This document shows, piece by piece, positions 11,511-24,454 of a stretch of DNA of 64,000 nt. Both the position numbers and the translations under genes were made by a program. Origin of the DNA: Glaucostegus cemiculus (taxonomy: Eukaryota); assembly GCA_976551045.1 (NCBI GenBank), contig CDPCPM010000776.1, forward strand, positions 248,001-312,000, given 5' to 3'. Below the pieces are notes generated by a model, which saw only the letters and a list, made by a program, of their open reading frames with translations, had not been told where the DNA came from and ran no database searches. The first letter of the stretch is position 1, and each line of letters opens with the position of its first letter.

Positions 11511-13289
11511 CTTGTGCACAGCCAGATTCTGCATAATAACCGTAATTTGCCTTAATGATCATAGCACAAATATTGACCAGGTTACCAGGGAGAATGCCCT
11601 TTCTCTTACTCAGATAGTGTCCTGTTTATCATCTCATCTTGGTCCCAATACGCACATCTGTCAGTTGTGGGGCGGAGTGCTTTTTTTAAAGCAGCTAGTG
11701 CTTTGCAATTAGAACCACTGTTGAGTCTGAATTGAATCAAGATTCCAGAAAATTGATGAAAATCCCAGTGTGGGGCAAGGACAGTTGGGGTGAGACTCTA
11801 TGTTAAAATATCTTAGTCACAAACAACAAGCTTGGATTACCATAAATGAGCGCATGGGACAATCTTGGTTAACAGCTCTTACAGGAAACTACAGTGCAGA
11901 CTTCTCACTTCCTGCAATTCTAATGGAAATGTAAATTTTCCATAATATTTCTGAGTCATCAAGGGGAAAATTCCCACTTCTTTGTCCCTGCCAGACTGGA
12001 AGTAAACACACTGAAAAATTGTTCACCATTTTTCATGATATGTAAACATATTTGACAATTATTCTTTACAAAAAGAATGCAGTGTAATATTCTCATATGC
12101 TAATTACATCACAACGTGACCAGAAAAGATATGTCATCCTCTAGCCCCGACACTCACTGTTTCTAATTCTGTTTAGTTTCTATATGACAATGTAGAATGC
12201 TTAGAATTAAATATTTTTCAGTATCTTTCTGCCAGAATCAATATCAAACGTTCCCAGAGCAGGAAGTGAATGAGTTAGATACAGAGGAAGCTGCCTCGCC
12301 ACTGTCGCATCAAATGGCCCTGGGGCAGCTGCACTGCAGAGTGAGGGAGGCTCTGGAACTGAGCAAAGTTAAAGAGAGATTGTGCACAGAAGAGGGAGAG
12401 GTGGAGTAGAAGAACACCTTTCTGCACAGTATAAGGTTGGGGGAAAGGAAGAGTGTTGGGGGGAGAGTGAAGAGACTTAACACCAGAGGGGTGGGGTTGC
12501 CAGATGCTGTAGGGAAGCTTGAATTCTGTTTTTTTAATCCATTTCAACATCTGGAAACTTCTGCCCCACTCCTGTTGTTGGCCCAGTGCCTGAGTGAAAA
12601 AAAAATTATCGTTAAACCTTGAACTTTGGCCTAAGCAATTTTCCGTTGACCTAGATGAAAATGCAAACCTTATGACCCATTTTAGGAGATTTATTTGGCT
12701 TCAGTGAGGCCAGTGTGGGCCCCACAGACTCTGCCACTGGTGGGATAGGAAGTATAGGACAGATGGCTGCTGTTGCCCACCCTATTTGTCGCTATTGTGT
12801 TCTCAGGACCCTGCATGAAAGCTAGAACAGGAAATCTTTGTTCTCTTCAGTGACTCCACCAGCCCTTCATTTTATGACATGGTTCCCGTCCATCAAGTCC
12901 TCCTTCACTCTTACCTCCCATTTCACAGGGTTAATCAGACAGTAAACATTCCTATGCCAAATGCTCTTATCTAATTGTATTTGTACTAATGTGCAGTTTG
13001 AACAGCCAACATGGAACAATTGACTTCACTTCCTTTTGTCAAGCATCTCATCAACATTGTGGTTTGGTTATATTTGCAACATTTTAATAGTGCAGAGTAT
13101 GTATTTAAAACTGCAGCTTATACAATTAACACTTTGCACACAGTAGTTTAAATCATGCTGCACAAACCTGATTAACCTGATTAGAATAAGGATATCATCA
13201 TTCTATATTTCAGGTGGGTGCCTGTAGTTATTATGTTTCACATCCTACCTCCCCACAAACCTGTTATCTAAGAAATACACCTGACAATA

Positions 13290-13980
13290 ACAGGATGTTG
13301 CATTCTTTTCTGGGAGACTTTGAGCACTTCCTTGAACCTTTTCCCCTATCCCTCTGGTAATCTCTTCCAATTACGAAGCTCGGAATACAGCGTCTGTTTC
13401 AGGAACAACATAGCCTTCTGAGTGCAATTACGTTGTTGAGGCTGGGACTATTGCCGGGAGAGGTGCTGACATTGGTTCACATCCTCCGTGGATTTGGAAG
13501 ATTTTGTGGAGGCAGACTTGGTGGTATCCTTGAGGTCCTTGCTCTCAATAGTTCATATCCCAGAAGAATAAAAGAGCTTTGTACCTGATTTGAGGTCTTC
13601 CTCTTCAAGTACTCTTTTCCTCAGGTGTCCATAAGCTGTGCTGGTGTACTGAAGGTAATGATGAATTGCATCATTGATGTCTGCCTTCTCTGACTCCCGT
13701 GGTCAACATTTTCAATATCTTGTCATAGACCTTATTTGTCAGTAGGGGCAGCTTAGTAGGACCACCTTTGTTTTGTGGCTGTTGAGTGTACGACTCAACC
13801 TCTCATCTACCTCAGTGAATGAATTAATGATTTGGAGATTGGCCTCCAAATGTTCATCTATGCAAGCCTCACCCATGTTCTCCAGCTTGACTGCTGAGAT
13901 TGAAGTGTTGTTGGTTCTGGAGTATAGATTCAACATTTTCTCAGTATTCCTTCAGGTTAGCTTCACTTCAGGAGCAAGAC
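13290..13980 (-). mobile_element. Degraded RTE-clade LINE fragment
   Basis: Reverse strand KRFKEVLKVS and LNSHKTKVV motifs; homologous to 20140-21500. Confidence 0.7.
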
Positions 13981-14450
13981 TCTGGCAAGAAGGACTGAAT
14001 AAAATGCCAGGCCAGTGACACAGTCTAGTTTGACACCACTTTGCACTGAGATCACCAGTCTGTGCTGAGACAAGGACTGTTCACCACTTTCATACATCAC
14101 AAAGCAAACATAGGATGAGTGGCAATGGAGGTGGTGGCTGAGGGGAAATTTCTCTACAACCAGTGAGGTGGTGGTGCCTTAGTGCCCCCTACTGAATCTC
14201 TCCTCATCCCCACTGGAACTTCATTGCCAAGGCCAAGAATTGTCCCAGAAGTGAGCTGCTGGATGTCGAAGGCCGGTCAGAGCTGGTTGTTGCTTGTGGG
14301 ATCTGTCTGTGCCACTCACAAAAAAGATGAGGAAGTGCATGGGAGTGACTCCAGCTGATTTGTGTCAGTCCAGTGCACACCTACAGGCTGCTGAGGGAGC
14401 AGAGAGTGATGAAAGGCTCCACTCCCTCCCCATAAGAAAGCAGCAGGTTT

Positions 14451-14616
14451 CAAAGTATGACATGGAGGTAACTACAGCTAGCCTCAACATCAAAGTATGA
14501 CATGGATGTAACTACAGTTAGCCTCAACATCAAAGTATGACATGGAGGTAACTACAGCTAGCCTCAACATCAAAGTATGACATGGAAGTAACTACAGCTT
14601 AGCCTCAACATCAAAG
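14451..14616. repeat. 40-bp tandem repeat x4
   Basis: caaagtatgacatggaggtaactacagctagcctcaacat starting at 14451, 14491, 14531 and 14571. Confidence 0.95.
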
Positions 14617-15344
14617 GTAACAGGGGCACTGGTGTGAATTTAACAATCTCTCATATCTTGGAGAAGGAAGACGTGGGGCGAGCTTTCTCCAGGAAACCCA
14701 TAACATTTTGGGTGGTGAAGTTATGTGGCTTCTGAGTTAGAAAGAGGGTGTTGACATGAATCACCTCAGCTCTGTTTTTGGTGGCAACTGTGTTCAGTCA
14801 GAGATCTTGGGGTCAAGAGGCTTTTGCTGAATATTTGTTCCACCTGGTCATTTTTCTGCACCTTGTGAATGTGTACATCCCAGGTAGAGTGCATAGCAAG
14901 GCACTTGTCTTAAACAAGTGTCTTCTCTCAGGCTCTATCAGGGAGGATTTCAACTATCCCCTCAAGGTGCAAGGTCATTGTGGAACCCAGTGCTGTCAGT
15001 GGAGAAGTTGAGGGAACAAGTCAATTAATTTTTCTTGGTCAACATCTGGTGAAGATTTCCTTCCCAACTCCAGAGCCTTTACTTGGAGATCTAAAGGAGG
15101 AGGATTCCCAAACTGCCACCTCTAAGCTTCTCAGGCTTACATCTCCAGTGTCTGAGTGACCCCATAAAGCTGGTGCCCTGTGGCTGGGTACTGGCACTTC
15201 AACAACTGACTGCTGGAGGATGAACCATTCCAGGACTTGTTCTGTCATGGGCACACTGGAGAAGGTAGTGGGGTCCTCCCCTCTTTGGGACTATGATAGG
15301 CAGGACTCACAACCTTCTTCTGTCAAGGTCTATACGGTGTTTGA

Positions 15345-16575
15345 CCATAGATTCATACAGACTAGGAGCAAGAGTATGGCATTTGGCTCCTGCAACATGC
15401 TTCACTATTCAGCAACATAGCTGACCTGACTGTAACCTTAATTCCGATCTACCTGTGGTCACTTATCACCCACTTGCTTATCAATATTCTATCTACCTCC
15501 AATATTTTAAAATATTTGAGGACTCTGCTTCCACTGTCTTTTGAAGAAATGAGTTCTAAAGACATGTAATGCTCAGAGATAATTCACCTCTTCTTTATCT
15601 TAAATGTGTGATCTCTTATTCTTAACTATAATCCCTGGTTCCGGATTCTCCCACAAGGAAGAAACATCCTCTCCTCAGCCAGCCCTTTAAGACGCTTCAG
15701 GATTTTACACGTTTCAATCATTGTGTAATGTTCTGGTTGCACCATTACAGGAAGGATGCGGAGGTTTTGGAAAAGGTACAGAAGAAATTCACCAGGATGC
15801 TGCCTGGATTAGAGGGTTTGAACTATAAGGAGAGGTCGGATAAACTTGGGTTGTTTTCTCTGGAGCATCAGAGGCTGAGAGAAGACCTGATAGAAGTTTA
15901 TAAAGTTATGAGAGGCGTAGATAGGGTAGACAGTCAGAATCTTTCTGCCAGGGTAGAAATGTCAAGTACTAGAGGACGTCCATTTAAAGCGAGAGGGAGA
16001 ATTATTAAAGGAGATGTACAGGCAAGTTTTTTACACAGGTGGTGTTAGGCGCCTGGAACAGACTGCTGGGGTAGCGGTGAAAGCAGATACAATGGCGGCA
16101 TTTAAGAGGCTGTTAGATGGACAAATGAATATGGATCATGTGCAGGCAAAAGAGATTTAGTTGAATTCAGTATTGTGTTTGGTGCAGACATTGTGGGCCG
16201 AAGGGCCTTTTCGTGCGCGTACTGTTCTATGGTCTACGTTCTGTGTTCTATATCCTAAGTCCCCACTCACTCTTCTAAACTCCAGACATTACAAGCCTGG
16301 TCAGTGCAACCTATCATTTTAAGACAACTACCTCATTCAAGATAAACCTTCTCAACCTGCTTCCAATGCATTAACATCCTTACTTAAATAAGGAGACCAG
16401 TACTGTACACAATACTCCAGATGTGGTTTGACTGATGCTCTATATAACTGAAGCATAGCCTCCCTACTTTTGTGATAAATTGCCTTTGCAATAAACAGTA
16501 ATATTTTGTTAGTTTTTTCCAATTATTTACTGTATTGGCACACAAGCCTTTTGTGACTCATACACAATCTGGGAT
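15345..16575 (-). mobile_element. Antisense CR1 fragment hosting a nested sense CR1 (15721-16250)
   Basis: Host reads ...gtttcaatca | (t)aagtccccactcactcttctaaactcc across the insert. Insert encodes FWLHHYRKDAEVLEKVQKKFTRMLPGLEG and ends with a ttctatg-like tail. Confidence 0.8.
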
Positions 16576-16789
16576 CGAGTACCTTGAGCAGGAGACACTC
16601 AACTTGGAGTCATGTTTCAGTCAAACTGAAAAGTACCTGACTTTGTGGCAGATATACAGAGAGAAGAAGGATGCACTGGGGGACTTGAATTCATAGTTGT
16701 TCCAAAACCCATGTGTGAGCTTGTGGTTCCAGATCCTGCATAACTTGGACTGTGCCTCGCGCTTAGCCTAGCGTCTGTATTTCCTTATG

Positions 16790-17115
16790 ATGTAGAAGGA
16801 GCCCATTCAAACTGTAGAGCCTGTGTTGGCTCACAGGGCAATCCCAGAAACCTCACTCCCCCATTTATTTCCTCGCCTGTCCTTTCTCTCACACTTGGCC
16901 ATTGGTTCCAACGGCCCCCTCTCACCCTGGTTCACCTACACTAGGAGCAGCTAGTTCATCTAACAACAGTTTTGGGGATATCTGAGGAAACCAGAGCACC
17001 TGGAGGAAACCCATACAGTTAGGAGAGGGAATTTCACACGGGTGGCATCAGAGGTCAGAATCAAACCTGTGTCACTTAAGCTTTAAAGCAGCGACACTAC
17101 CTGCAGCACACCATA
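16790..17115 (-). mobile_element. Degraded tRNA-derived SINE
   Basis: gaggaaaccagagcacctggaggaaacccat core; degenerate tRNA head at about 17050-17115. Confidence 0.65.
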
Positions 17116-17560
17116 TCGCCCTGCTTGATAAATGTTGGTGATCTATAAACAGCTCTTGGAGTTGTTGGCCAATGATGGATCCTCTGTCACAGATCTAGAT
17201 GGGCAAGTGGCTTGGTTTTCACTTATTATGGGGCTCAGTTTCTCCACCTTTCTCCAGCAGGGATGTATGGCGAGCAAAGATGGAAGAAAGAAATTTTCGT
17301 CTGTACATGAACCTGACCTGAAATGACCTGAAACCTTGACACTGTTTCTTTCCCCACAGATGCTGCCTGATCTTCTGAGTACTACCAGCATTTGGGATTT
17401 TATCTCAGATCTCTAACATCTGCAGCTTATTGCTTGGAGGTGTAATTTATTATTGCCTTAAGAAAGAGCATGGACCAAACCTGTGTGCATGGGGTTGCAA
17501 TATAGTTAGAAATACAATAACAATCAATTCCTCTCTTATTTTCTTTGTTTTCTTCTTTAG

Positions 17561-18675
17561 ATTACAGTGATCATCCTTCACAAGGCAAAATTATAAGGGG
17601 TTCAGTACCAAGCGTGGGTGACATCTTGAAAACATTTAAGGGCACTCAGCAAAAAGTGAATGGCTCCAATGAGACTTTATATATCGTGGGGAAGACAGCC
17701 AGAAATCACCTCACTGGTCCCACCACCACAGCTACCATCCCAGCTCTGTATATCTTAGTCTTCGCCATTGGGCTCCCAGCCAATGGACTGGGTCTCTGGA
17801 TAATGGCAACAAAAATCAGGAAATTACCTTCCACCATCTTCTTGATCAACTTAGCAACCGCAGACCTCCTCCTGATCCTCATCCTGCCTTTCAAGATCTC
17901 CTACCACCTTCTGGGCAACAACTGGCTCTTCGGCGAAGCTCTGTGTCGGACGATGACCGCCTTCTTCTATGGGAACATGTACTGCTCCATCCTGCTCCTC
18001 ACCGTCATCAGCATCGACAGATACTTTGCCCTGGTGTACCCTTTCACCTCTCGACAGTTCAGGGACAACACGTTTGCCGTTAGCGTCTGCTCGGTGATTT
18101 GGGTAATCGCTGCACTCTTGGTCCTGCCGTTTCTCTTCGAGGAGCAGTTGCTCAGAATCGACAACCTAAACATTACCACCTGTCACGATGTGTTGCCAGA
18201 GGCTAGTCAGACTGGGTACTTCTTCTACTACTTTGTGTGTTTGGTTATCATGGGTTTCTTAATCCCATGCTGTATCACCATATTCTGTTATGGATCTGTT
18301 ATCAAAACTTTAATAGTTAATGAAAAGAGTTATATACGTGCTGCAATAGTCACTTTTCTGATTCTGCTGGTGTATGTTGGGTGCTTTGCTCCCAGCAATA
18401 TCATCCTTATAATTCACCACGCCGAGTACCACCTTACAAATGACAGTGATCTCTATATTTATTACATGGTCTGCCTGGTTCTCAGTAGTTCCAGCAGCTG
18501 CATTGACCCTTTCATTTACTATTACATTTCTGATGAGTTTCGGGTCAGAGTAAAGCATGTTATTTGCTGCAAGGACCAACGTGCAATGCTGTCTGGTAGG
18601 ACCACCCAAGAACTCTTACGCACTAACACCTATTCCTCGCAGTCCAGGGCTGGAACGTCAGTGAGAAATATCTGA
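17561..18675 (+). CDS. F2RL3: Protease-activated receptor gene A, exon 2 (7TM; PAR4-like with PAR3-like features); full protein 401 aa
   Basis: Polypyrimidine tract plus TTAG acceptor ending at 17560. Class A GPCR motifs GLPANG, NLATADL, DRY, CFAPSN, DPFIY; PAR-diagnostic ECL2 NITTCHDVLPE. ICL1 ATKIRKLPST and DPFIYYYISDEFR resemble PAR4 as I recall it; TM6/ECL3 CFAPSNIILIIHHA resembles PAR3. Family call is firm, orthology is not. Confidence 0.93.
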
Positions 18676-18920
18676 TTCTGTGCAGGACCTGGAAAGATTT
18701 CAAAGGCACAGATTGTAAAATACCTTCAGGACTGACCGGCTCACAGAATGGTTTCAGCATCAAATCAACAATAGAATTGAAAATGAATCAAATTCTGTTG
18801 GTTCAGATTAATTTAGGAGATTATGTTTTTCTCAAATGTCACCTACTTGGAATTTTGAAAACCAGAATTTGTGTTTCTTTCAGTATTGTTACAATTGTCA
18901 GGCAGGAAGAAGAGCTTCTC

Positions 18921-19052
18921 CTCCAGACCACAGTTCCCTCCAGACCACAGTTCCCTCCAGACCACAGCTCCCTCCAGACCACAGTTCCCTCCAGACCACA
19001 GCTCCCTCCAGAGCACAGCTCCCTCCAGAGCACAGCTCCCACCAGACCGCAG
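18921..19052. repeat. 17-bp tandem repeat, about 7.5 copies, downstream of the gene A stop
   Basis: Unit ctccagaccacag(t/c)tcc. Confidence 0.95.
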
Positions 19053-19054
19053 AT

Positions 19055-19230
19055 CCCTACTGCCATGTTTACCTGCACTGCACTTTCCCTGTAGCTGCAA
19101 CACTGTATTCTGCATTCTGTGTTCTTTTTTATCTCCTCTCTAAGGTTATGTGTGGCATAATCTGACTGGATGGCATGCACACAAAAGCTTTTCACTATAT
19201 CTCAGTACATGTGACAATAATAAACCACTA
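19055..19230 (+). mobile_element. Rex1-type LINE 3'UTR remnant containing AATAAA (19219-19224)
   Basis: tgcactgcactttccctgtagctg...ttttcactatatctcagtacatgtgacaataataaacca matches the 29780-29985 3'UTR. Confidence 0.75.
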
Positions 19231-19289
19231 CCATGTCTTACTCTGCTCCTATCTCAGATCAGTTCTTGGTCCATTATCATCAACTTGTG

Positions 19290-20030
19290 TCCTCTGGTTC
19301 TGGATGACAGTGAGAAGTTTCTCATGGTCTACCCTATCTATGGCTCTTATACTTTGCATACTTAAATCAAGTCCCCCCAACCCCCAGCCTCCTCCACTCC
19401 TAGGAAAACAAGCCCAGCTTATCCAGTCTCTTCTCAAAGCAGAAACACACAATCCCAGGAAACATCATGGTGAATCTCCTCTGCACCCTCTCAAGAGTAA
19501 TCACGTATTTCTAGTAGTGCAGCAATGAGAATTGCTCAAAATACTCTAGCCCTGGCCTAAGCAACATTTCATATAGTTGTGTGATAGTCTCCCTGCTCTT
19601 ATATTCAAAGCCTTTGCTAAGAAGACAACTTGCTTTCATGACCATCTTATCTACCTGTCCTGCTACCTTCAGGGGACCCTTGGACTTGTACCCCAAAGTC
19701 CCTCTGTTCCTCAGTACCTCATAGGGCCCTACTATTCATTATATAGGTTCTAGCCTCATTAGTCCTCCAGAAATGCCTCATATATATCAGAATTCAATTC
19801 TGTCTGCCATTGTTCAGCCAATCCTAGCAACTCATCAACATTATTAAGTAGCCTAAAAACTACCATCCTCACTATCAGCTCCACCACTAATCTTAGAGTC
19901 ATCGGAGAAGTTATTAATTGTACCTCTTACATTCAGATCCAAATAATTAATGTAAATAACAAACAGAATGGGCTCCCTCACCATTCCCTGTAGTACATCA
20001 CTGGTCGCAGGCTTCCACATATAAACCCCA
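19290..20030 (-). mobile_element. Degraded CR1 LINE fragment
   Basis: Reverse-strand remnants LFVIYINYLD...NNFSDDSKISG and LKVAGQVDKMV...GFEYKSRE...LRPGLEY. Confidence 0.85.
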
Positions 20031-20139
20031 AAGCAGCAGCCAATCCCCATACTTAATAATATTTGACAATTTGAAGTGTATTAAAACTTGTGTAAAAATG
20101 TAAATGCTGTATCTGGCACAAACCTGTACAACAAATAAA

Positions 20140-21500
20140 GACAAATCATATAGATGCCTTGAGTGAGCGCATGATTGAGCAATGAAAATCTTCTTCTTAG
20201 GCAGCCTCTTGTACAGGTGGGGCAACTGCTGGCTGACAGGAGGGGCAGTTGGGTAGTTTGAGACTATGCACTCCTTCAGTCACTTATTCAGGGCCCCCAT
20301 GTGTTCCTGATGTTGGTCTTGAGTTTCTCAACATCTTCCTGAATCTCTTCTCCATTTTGAGCAGTCATGTATCCGAGGTTCTCAGAAGACAGTGTGGATG
20401 TTATATTTCTTCAAGGAATCTTTGAGAACATCCTTGGATCTTTTCCTTTGTCCACCTGTGAAACTGTTCCATGACAGAGTTTGGAATCAAGGGTTTTAAG
20501 AGTCTGGTGTTGGGCAAGTGAATGAGATGGCCAGCCCAATGTAGCCAACTGAGCATTAGAACAAGAGCCTCAATACTGGGATTGTTGGCAGGGAGAGGAC
20601 ACTGATACTGCTTTGCTCATCCTTCCAGTGAATTTGGAGGATAGTGTGGTTACACATTGGTGGTATTTTTGCACTGTCTTTAGATGCATGCTATAGATAG
20701 TCCAGATCTTAGAAACCTACAGGAGGGCAGGGTAAACCATGGTAAACCATGAGTTTTGTGCTAGGTCTGAGATCTTGATCTTCAAATATTCTCTTACTAA
20801 ATGAACACTAGCATTTGCTCTTGCATAGAACTTGGTGGTGAATTTCATAACCAATGTCTACCTTAATCAAGATGTTGCTCCTGAGAAATGGGAAGAGATC
20901 CATGTTTTCCAGGGGCTCATTGTGAACCTTTATTGTTGAAGAGTGTTGTGATGTAGCAGGAGCAGGATGACAGAGGACCTTCACCTTGTAAATGTTGATT
21001 GTAAAGCCCGTCCTCTTGTATACTTCAGTGAAAGTGTTGACCATGACTAAGAGCTTGGACACCAAATGGTTACAAATGCAAGTGATGTCTACGTATTGCG
21101 GCTCGATTACTGAGATACGGGCAACCTTGGCTCAGGAGAGTAAGCCAACATAGGTTGAACAGATTCCCATTGGTTCTGAAGGTAGCTTCATTCCAGGGGG
21201 ATGTTGTTGAAGGTGAGATGCAACATTTTGTTGAAAAAGACTGAGACAAATGTTGGGTCAATGATCCAGCCTTGTTTAACACCAATCTTCATTCAGAATG
21301 GTAGACCCATTGGTTAATATCATGGTTGGCATGCTGTTGTAAAGCAAGCATAAGATGCAGATGCATTTCTATGGGCATAATATAAGTATGATATTATAAG
21401 CGTGCTCCATAATAACTCTCCATGGATCATGTCAAAGGCCAAAAAATAGCCACATTGAACAGCTGGTGCTGCTCCTTGCATTTTTACTTGGAGCTGTCAC
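20140..21500 (-). mobile_element. Degraded RTE-clade LINE
   Basis: FRTNGNLFNL, GFTINIYKVKVLCHP, LENMDLFPFLRS and WLHWAGHL-like remnants of RTE ORF2. Confidence 0.8.
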
Positions 21501-21589
21501 CCAGAGAAGCAAGTGAGGGCAGTGGGAAGGGCAGATAGGGTCAGTGGGGAGGGGAACCAGTGAGAAGAGTGTGTGAGTGATGGGCAGAT

Positions 21590-22400
21590 GGAATGGATGG
21601 AGGAGGGCAAAGAAACAGGGTGATGGGGGTTGGGGTGAGTGTAGGGAGAACTGGGAGGGCAGAGAAAAGGGACTGAGGTGGGGGGGGGCAGTTTACCTGA
21701 GTTTGGAGAATTCAATGTTCATGTCATCGGGTTGTAGACTGCCCAGGCAGAATATGAGGGGCTGTTCCTCTAGTTTGCATTATCTTCACCCTGGCAGTGT
21801 AGGATGTTGAGGACAGACATGTCAGTGTGGGAATGGGGAGAGGAATTAAAATGGCTGGTAACTGGGAGATCCAGACGGCCACTGCAGACAGAGTGCAAGT
21901 GCTTGGTGAAGCGGTCACCCAGTCTGCATCTGGTCTCACCGATGCAGAGGAGGCCACACCGGGAGCACCGGGTGCAATAAATAAGGCCAGAGGACGTGGA
22001 AGTGAATATCCGTTTCACCTGGAAGGGATGCTTAGGGCCCTAGATGGTGGTGAGGGAGGAGATGTAGGGACAGGTGTTACATCTCCTATGGTTACAGAGG
22101 AAAATGCCCGGGGAGGGGGGTTGGAGGGTGGGGATGGATGAGCAGACCATGGAGTCAACCAAGCAGTGACCCCTGCGGAGAGTGGGAAAGGATGGGGAGG
22201 GAAAGATGTGGCTGGTGGTGGGATCACATTGTAGCTGGTGAAGAATGATGTGCTGGATGTGTAGGCTGGTGGGGTGAGGTGGTAGGAACTCTATCCCTGC
22301 TCTGTCTGGGGGTGGGGTGGGGTAAGGGCAGGTTCAGGAAATAGAGCAGATGCTGGTGAGGGCTCCATTAATGACAGTGGAGGGAGGGGGAACCTGGAGT
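21590..22400 (-). mobile_element. Penelope-like element fragment (GIY-YIG endonuclease)
   Basis: FTSTSSGLIYCTRCSRCGLLCIGETRCRLGDRFTKHL...PVTSHFNS, i.e. the LIY-CxxC-YIGET-R signature. Confidence 0.88.
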
Positions 22401-23129
22401 GGGGGGGGGTCTCAGCTCAAGAACAGATGTGACAGAGACAGAGAAATTTCCTTTTGCTCAGGGAGCTCCTGTTATACACTAGGTACTCATTATCCACTGA
22501 CACTATCCCAGACCTACAAACTCACAAGACCTTGTAAGAATGTTGGTAAACATTGCAGAATCCCCTCCTGTGGCATCCGCTGACAAATAGTGAAATATCA
22601 ACAGCTGGAGCCAGGCTCAGGAGCGGAAACAGCTGGGAATGTAGAATGAGTGTAGATCAGAAGCCAGGATCCAAGGGGTGGGCTGAGTGTGTGGTTGGAG
22701 CCAGGCTTGGGGTCAGGGTTGGAAACACCAGGATTTTGGTTTAGGGGTAGGTTTGAGCCAGCACCAGGGACTGTTTACGTGTCTCAACTTGTGCAGATAC
22801 TCACTCATGTTATGGAAAGCTTCTGTTGAAAGTTCCTTGTAACTTACTCCCACTTTTTTCTCTCTCTCCACATCCTCTTTATTACATAACCCAAAACTTA
22901 CCTGACAATTTGATTGATGCAACTTTCCCTGTGGATTGTACCATCTCCATTCTGCTCCCCTGCGACAAGATTCTATGTGATCCAATGTCCAAATAGCACG
23001 ACAAGGTGCTTTGATTGGGAAAGAAGTTTGAGTTTATTAACAGTCCAGAAGTTGTAGGGGTTTTTTTTCTCCTGATCTTTACACTTGCAAAGCCTGTCAA
23101 GGACGCTCCGAGCTGACAGCACAAAATAG

Positions 23130-23970
23130 TTGTGATGAGGATATTGAATCAACTATGGAATGTAGGTAGGTTGAGTGAGTGGGAGAAGACTTGGCAAATG
23201 GAGTTTATTATGAGAAAGTATGAAATCAAGTACTACTGTGAGAAGAATCAAAAGGCAGATTATTATCTAAATGGAAAAAGATTGCAATGTCTATAGAGAG
23301 ATTTATGTGTTTTTCTGCATGAATCACAAAGCATTGGCAGGCAGGTGTAGCAAGTAGGAAAGCAAATGACACATTGGCTTTTCTTGCAAAAGAGAGTGTA
23401 GAAATTGAGAAGTATTGGCACAATTGTATGTGACGTTGGTGAGGAAGGTCACATCTAGTTCTGTGCACAGTTTTGCTCTACTTATTTAAGAAAGGATATA
23501 TTGACATTGGAGGCAGTCCAAAGGAGATTCACCAGGCTAATTCCTGAGGTGAGAGGGTTGTCCTATCAAGGACAGCTAAAGAAGGTGGATCTTTATTCTT
23601 TGAAGTTTAGAAGAATGAGAGGTGATCTTATTGAAGATCTATGATCTTTAGGGGGCATGATAGTGTAGATGTTCAGGTGTTTCCACTGGTTGAAGCATCT
23701 TGAATGAGGGGATATACTTACAGGATAAGGGGATTGTAATTTAAAACTGAGGTGTGCAGGAATTTCACCTTGCAGAAGATGGTGTTATTTTCCCCTGAGG
23801 GTTGTGGAGACTGGGTCATTGGAGGCATTTAAAGAGGAGGTCAGACACTTTTTAGAAAGACTGGGGAAAGGAGAAGTGACCTGGGGCAGAGCAGCCATGA
23901 TGGTATTAAACGGCAGGGCAGGCTTGAGGATCCTGGTGATCTCCTCTTGCTCCCATTTTCCTGTGTTCTT
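23130..23970 (+). mobile_element. Degraded CR1 LINE fragment
   Basis: tggcaaatggagttt (WQMEF), LEAVQRRFTRLIP, RRMRGDLIE and a 3' tail. Confidence 0.85.
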
Positions 23971-24454
23971 ATACAGCCATTCCAGAGCTACCTTGGTATT
24001 TATATGATGACTTATGACTTGAGTGACATTGTTGCATAGCTGGGGTCCACAAGAAAATCTCTTGATCCTATAAACAAATACTTCACAGATTACACTCCGT
24101 TTGAAAAGTTCAGCAATGACGCTGGGTTTCCCATAGCAGCATGAGACGAAATTTAGTCAATATTTGGTCAACTTTGGCTCATCGTAAGATATGCATTCTT
24201 GCTGAAGCCATAATTACATGGCTAAAAGTGTCACCACTGCATGGAAACCGGGGGAAGGCATTTTTCAAATGTTTTACTCGAAGACATCAACTTTTAAAAA
24301 CTGGGAGGAGTGACTTTTTGGGAGGAGAGGGGAATGGGAGCAGAAGTGTGGGAACCTGTCAACCAATGTAGACTGGAAGCCACATTAGAGGAAAGAGGAA
24401 GGCACCTTAAAGGTATTAGTGTGGTAAATCTCGTCATCAGGACAAATATAACAG

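Noticed and set aside
14451-14616. Regular repeats here and at 58467-58846 as possible CRISPR arrays
   Set aside because: Head-to-tail tandem units without unique spacers; vertebrate context; no cas genes.
17545-17560. ORF-track start MFSSL for gene A
   Set aside because: It is the intronic polypyrimidine tract and acceptor (TTG start); the real N-terminus comes from 5814-5904.
18777-19195. Cluster of overlapping 90-118 aa ORFs
   Set aside because: Produced by the 17-bp tandem repeat.
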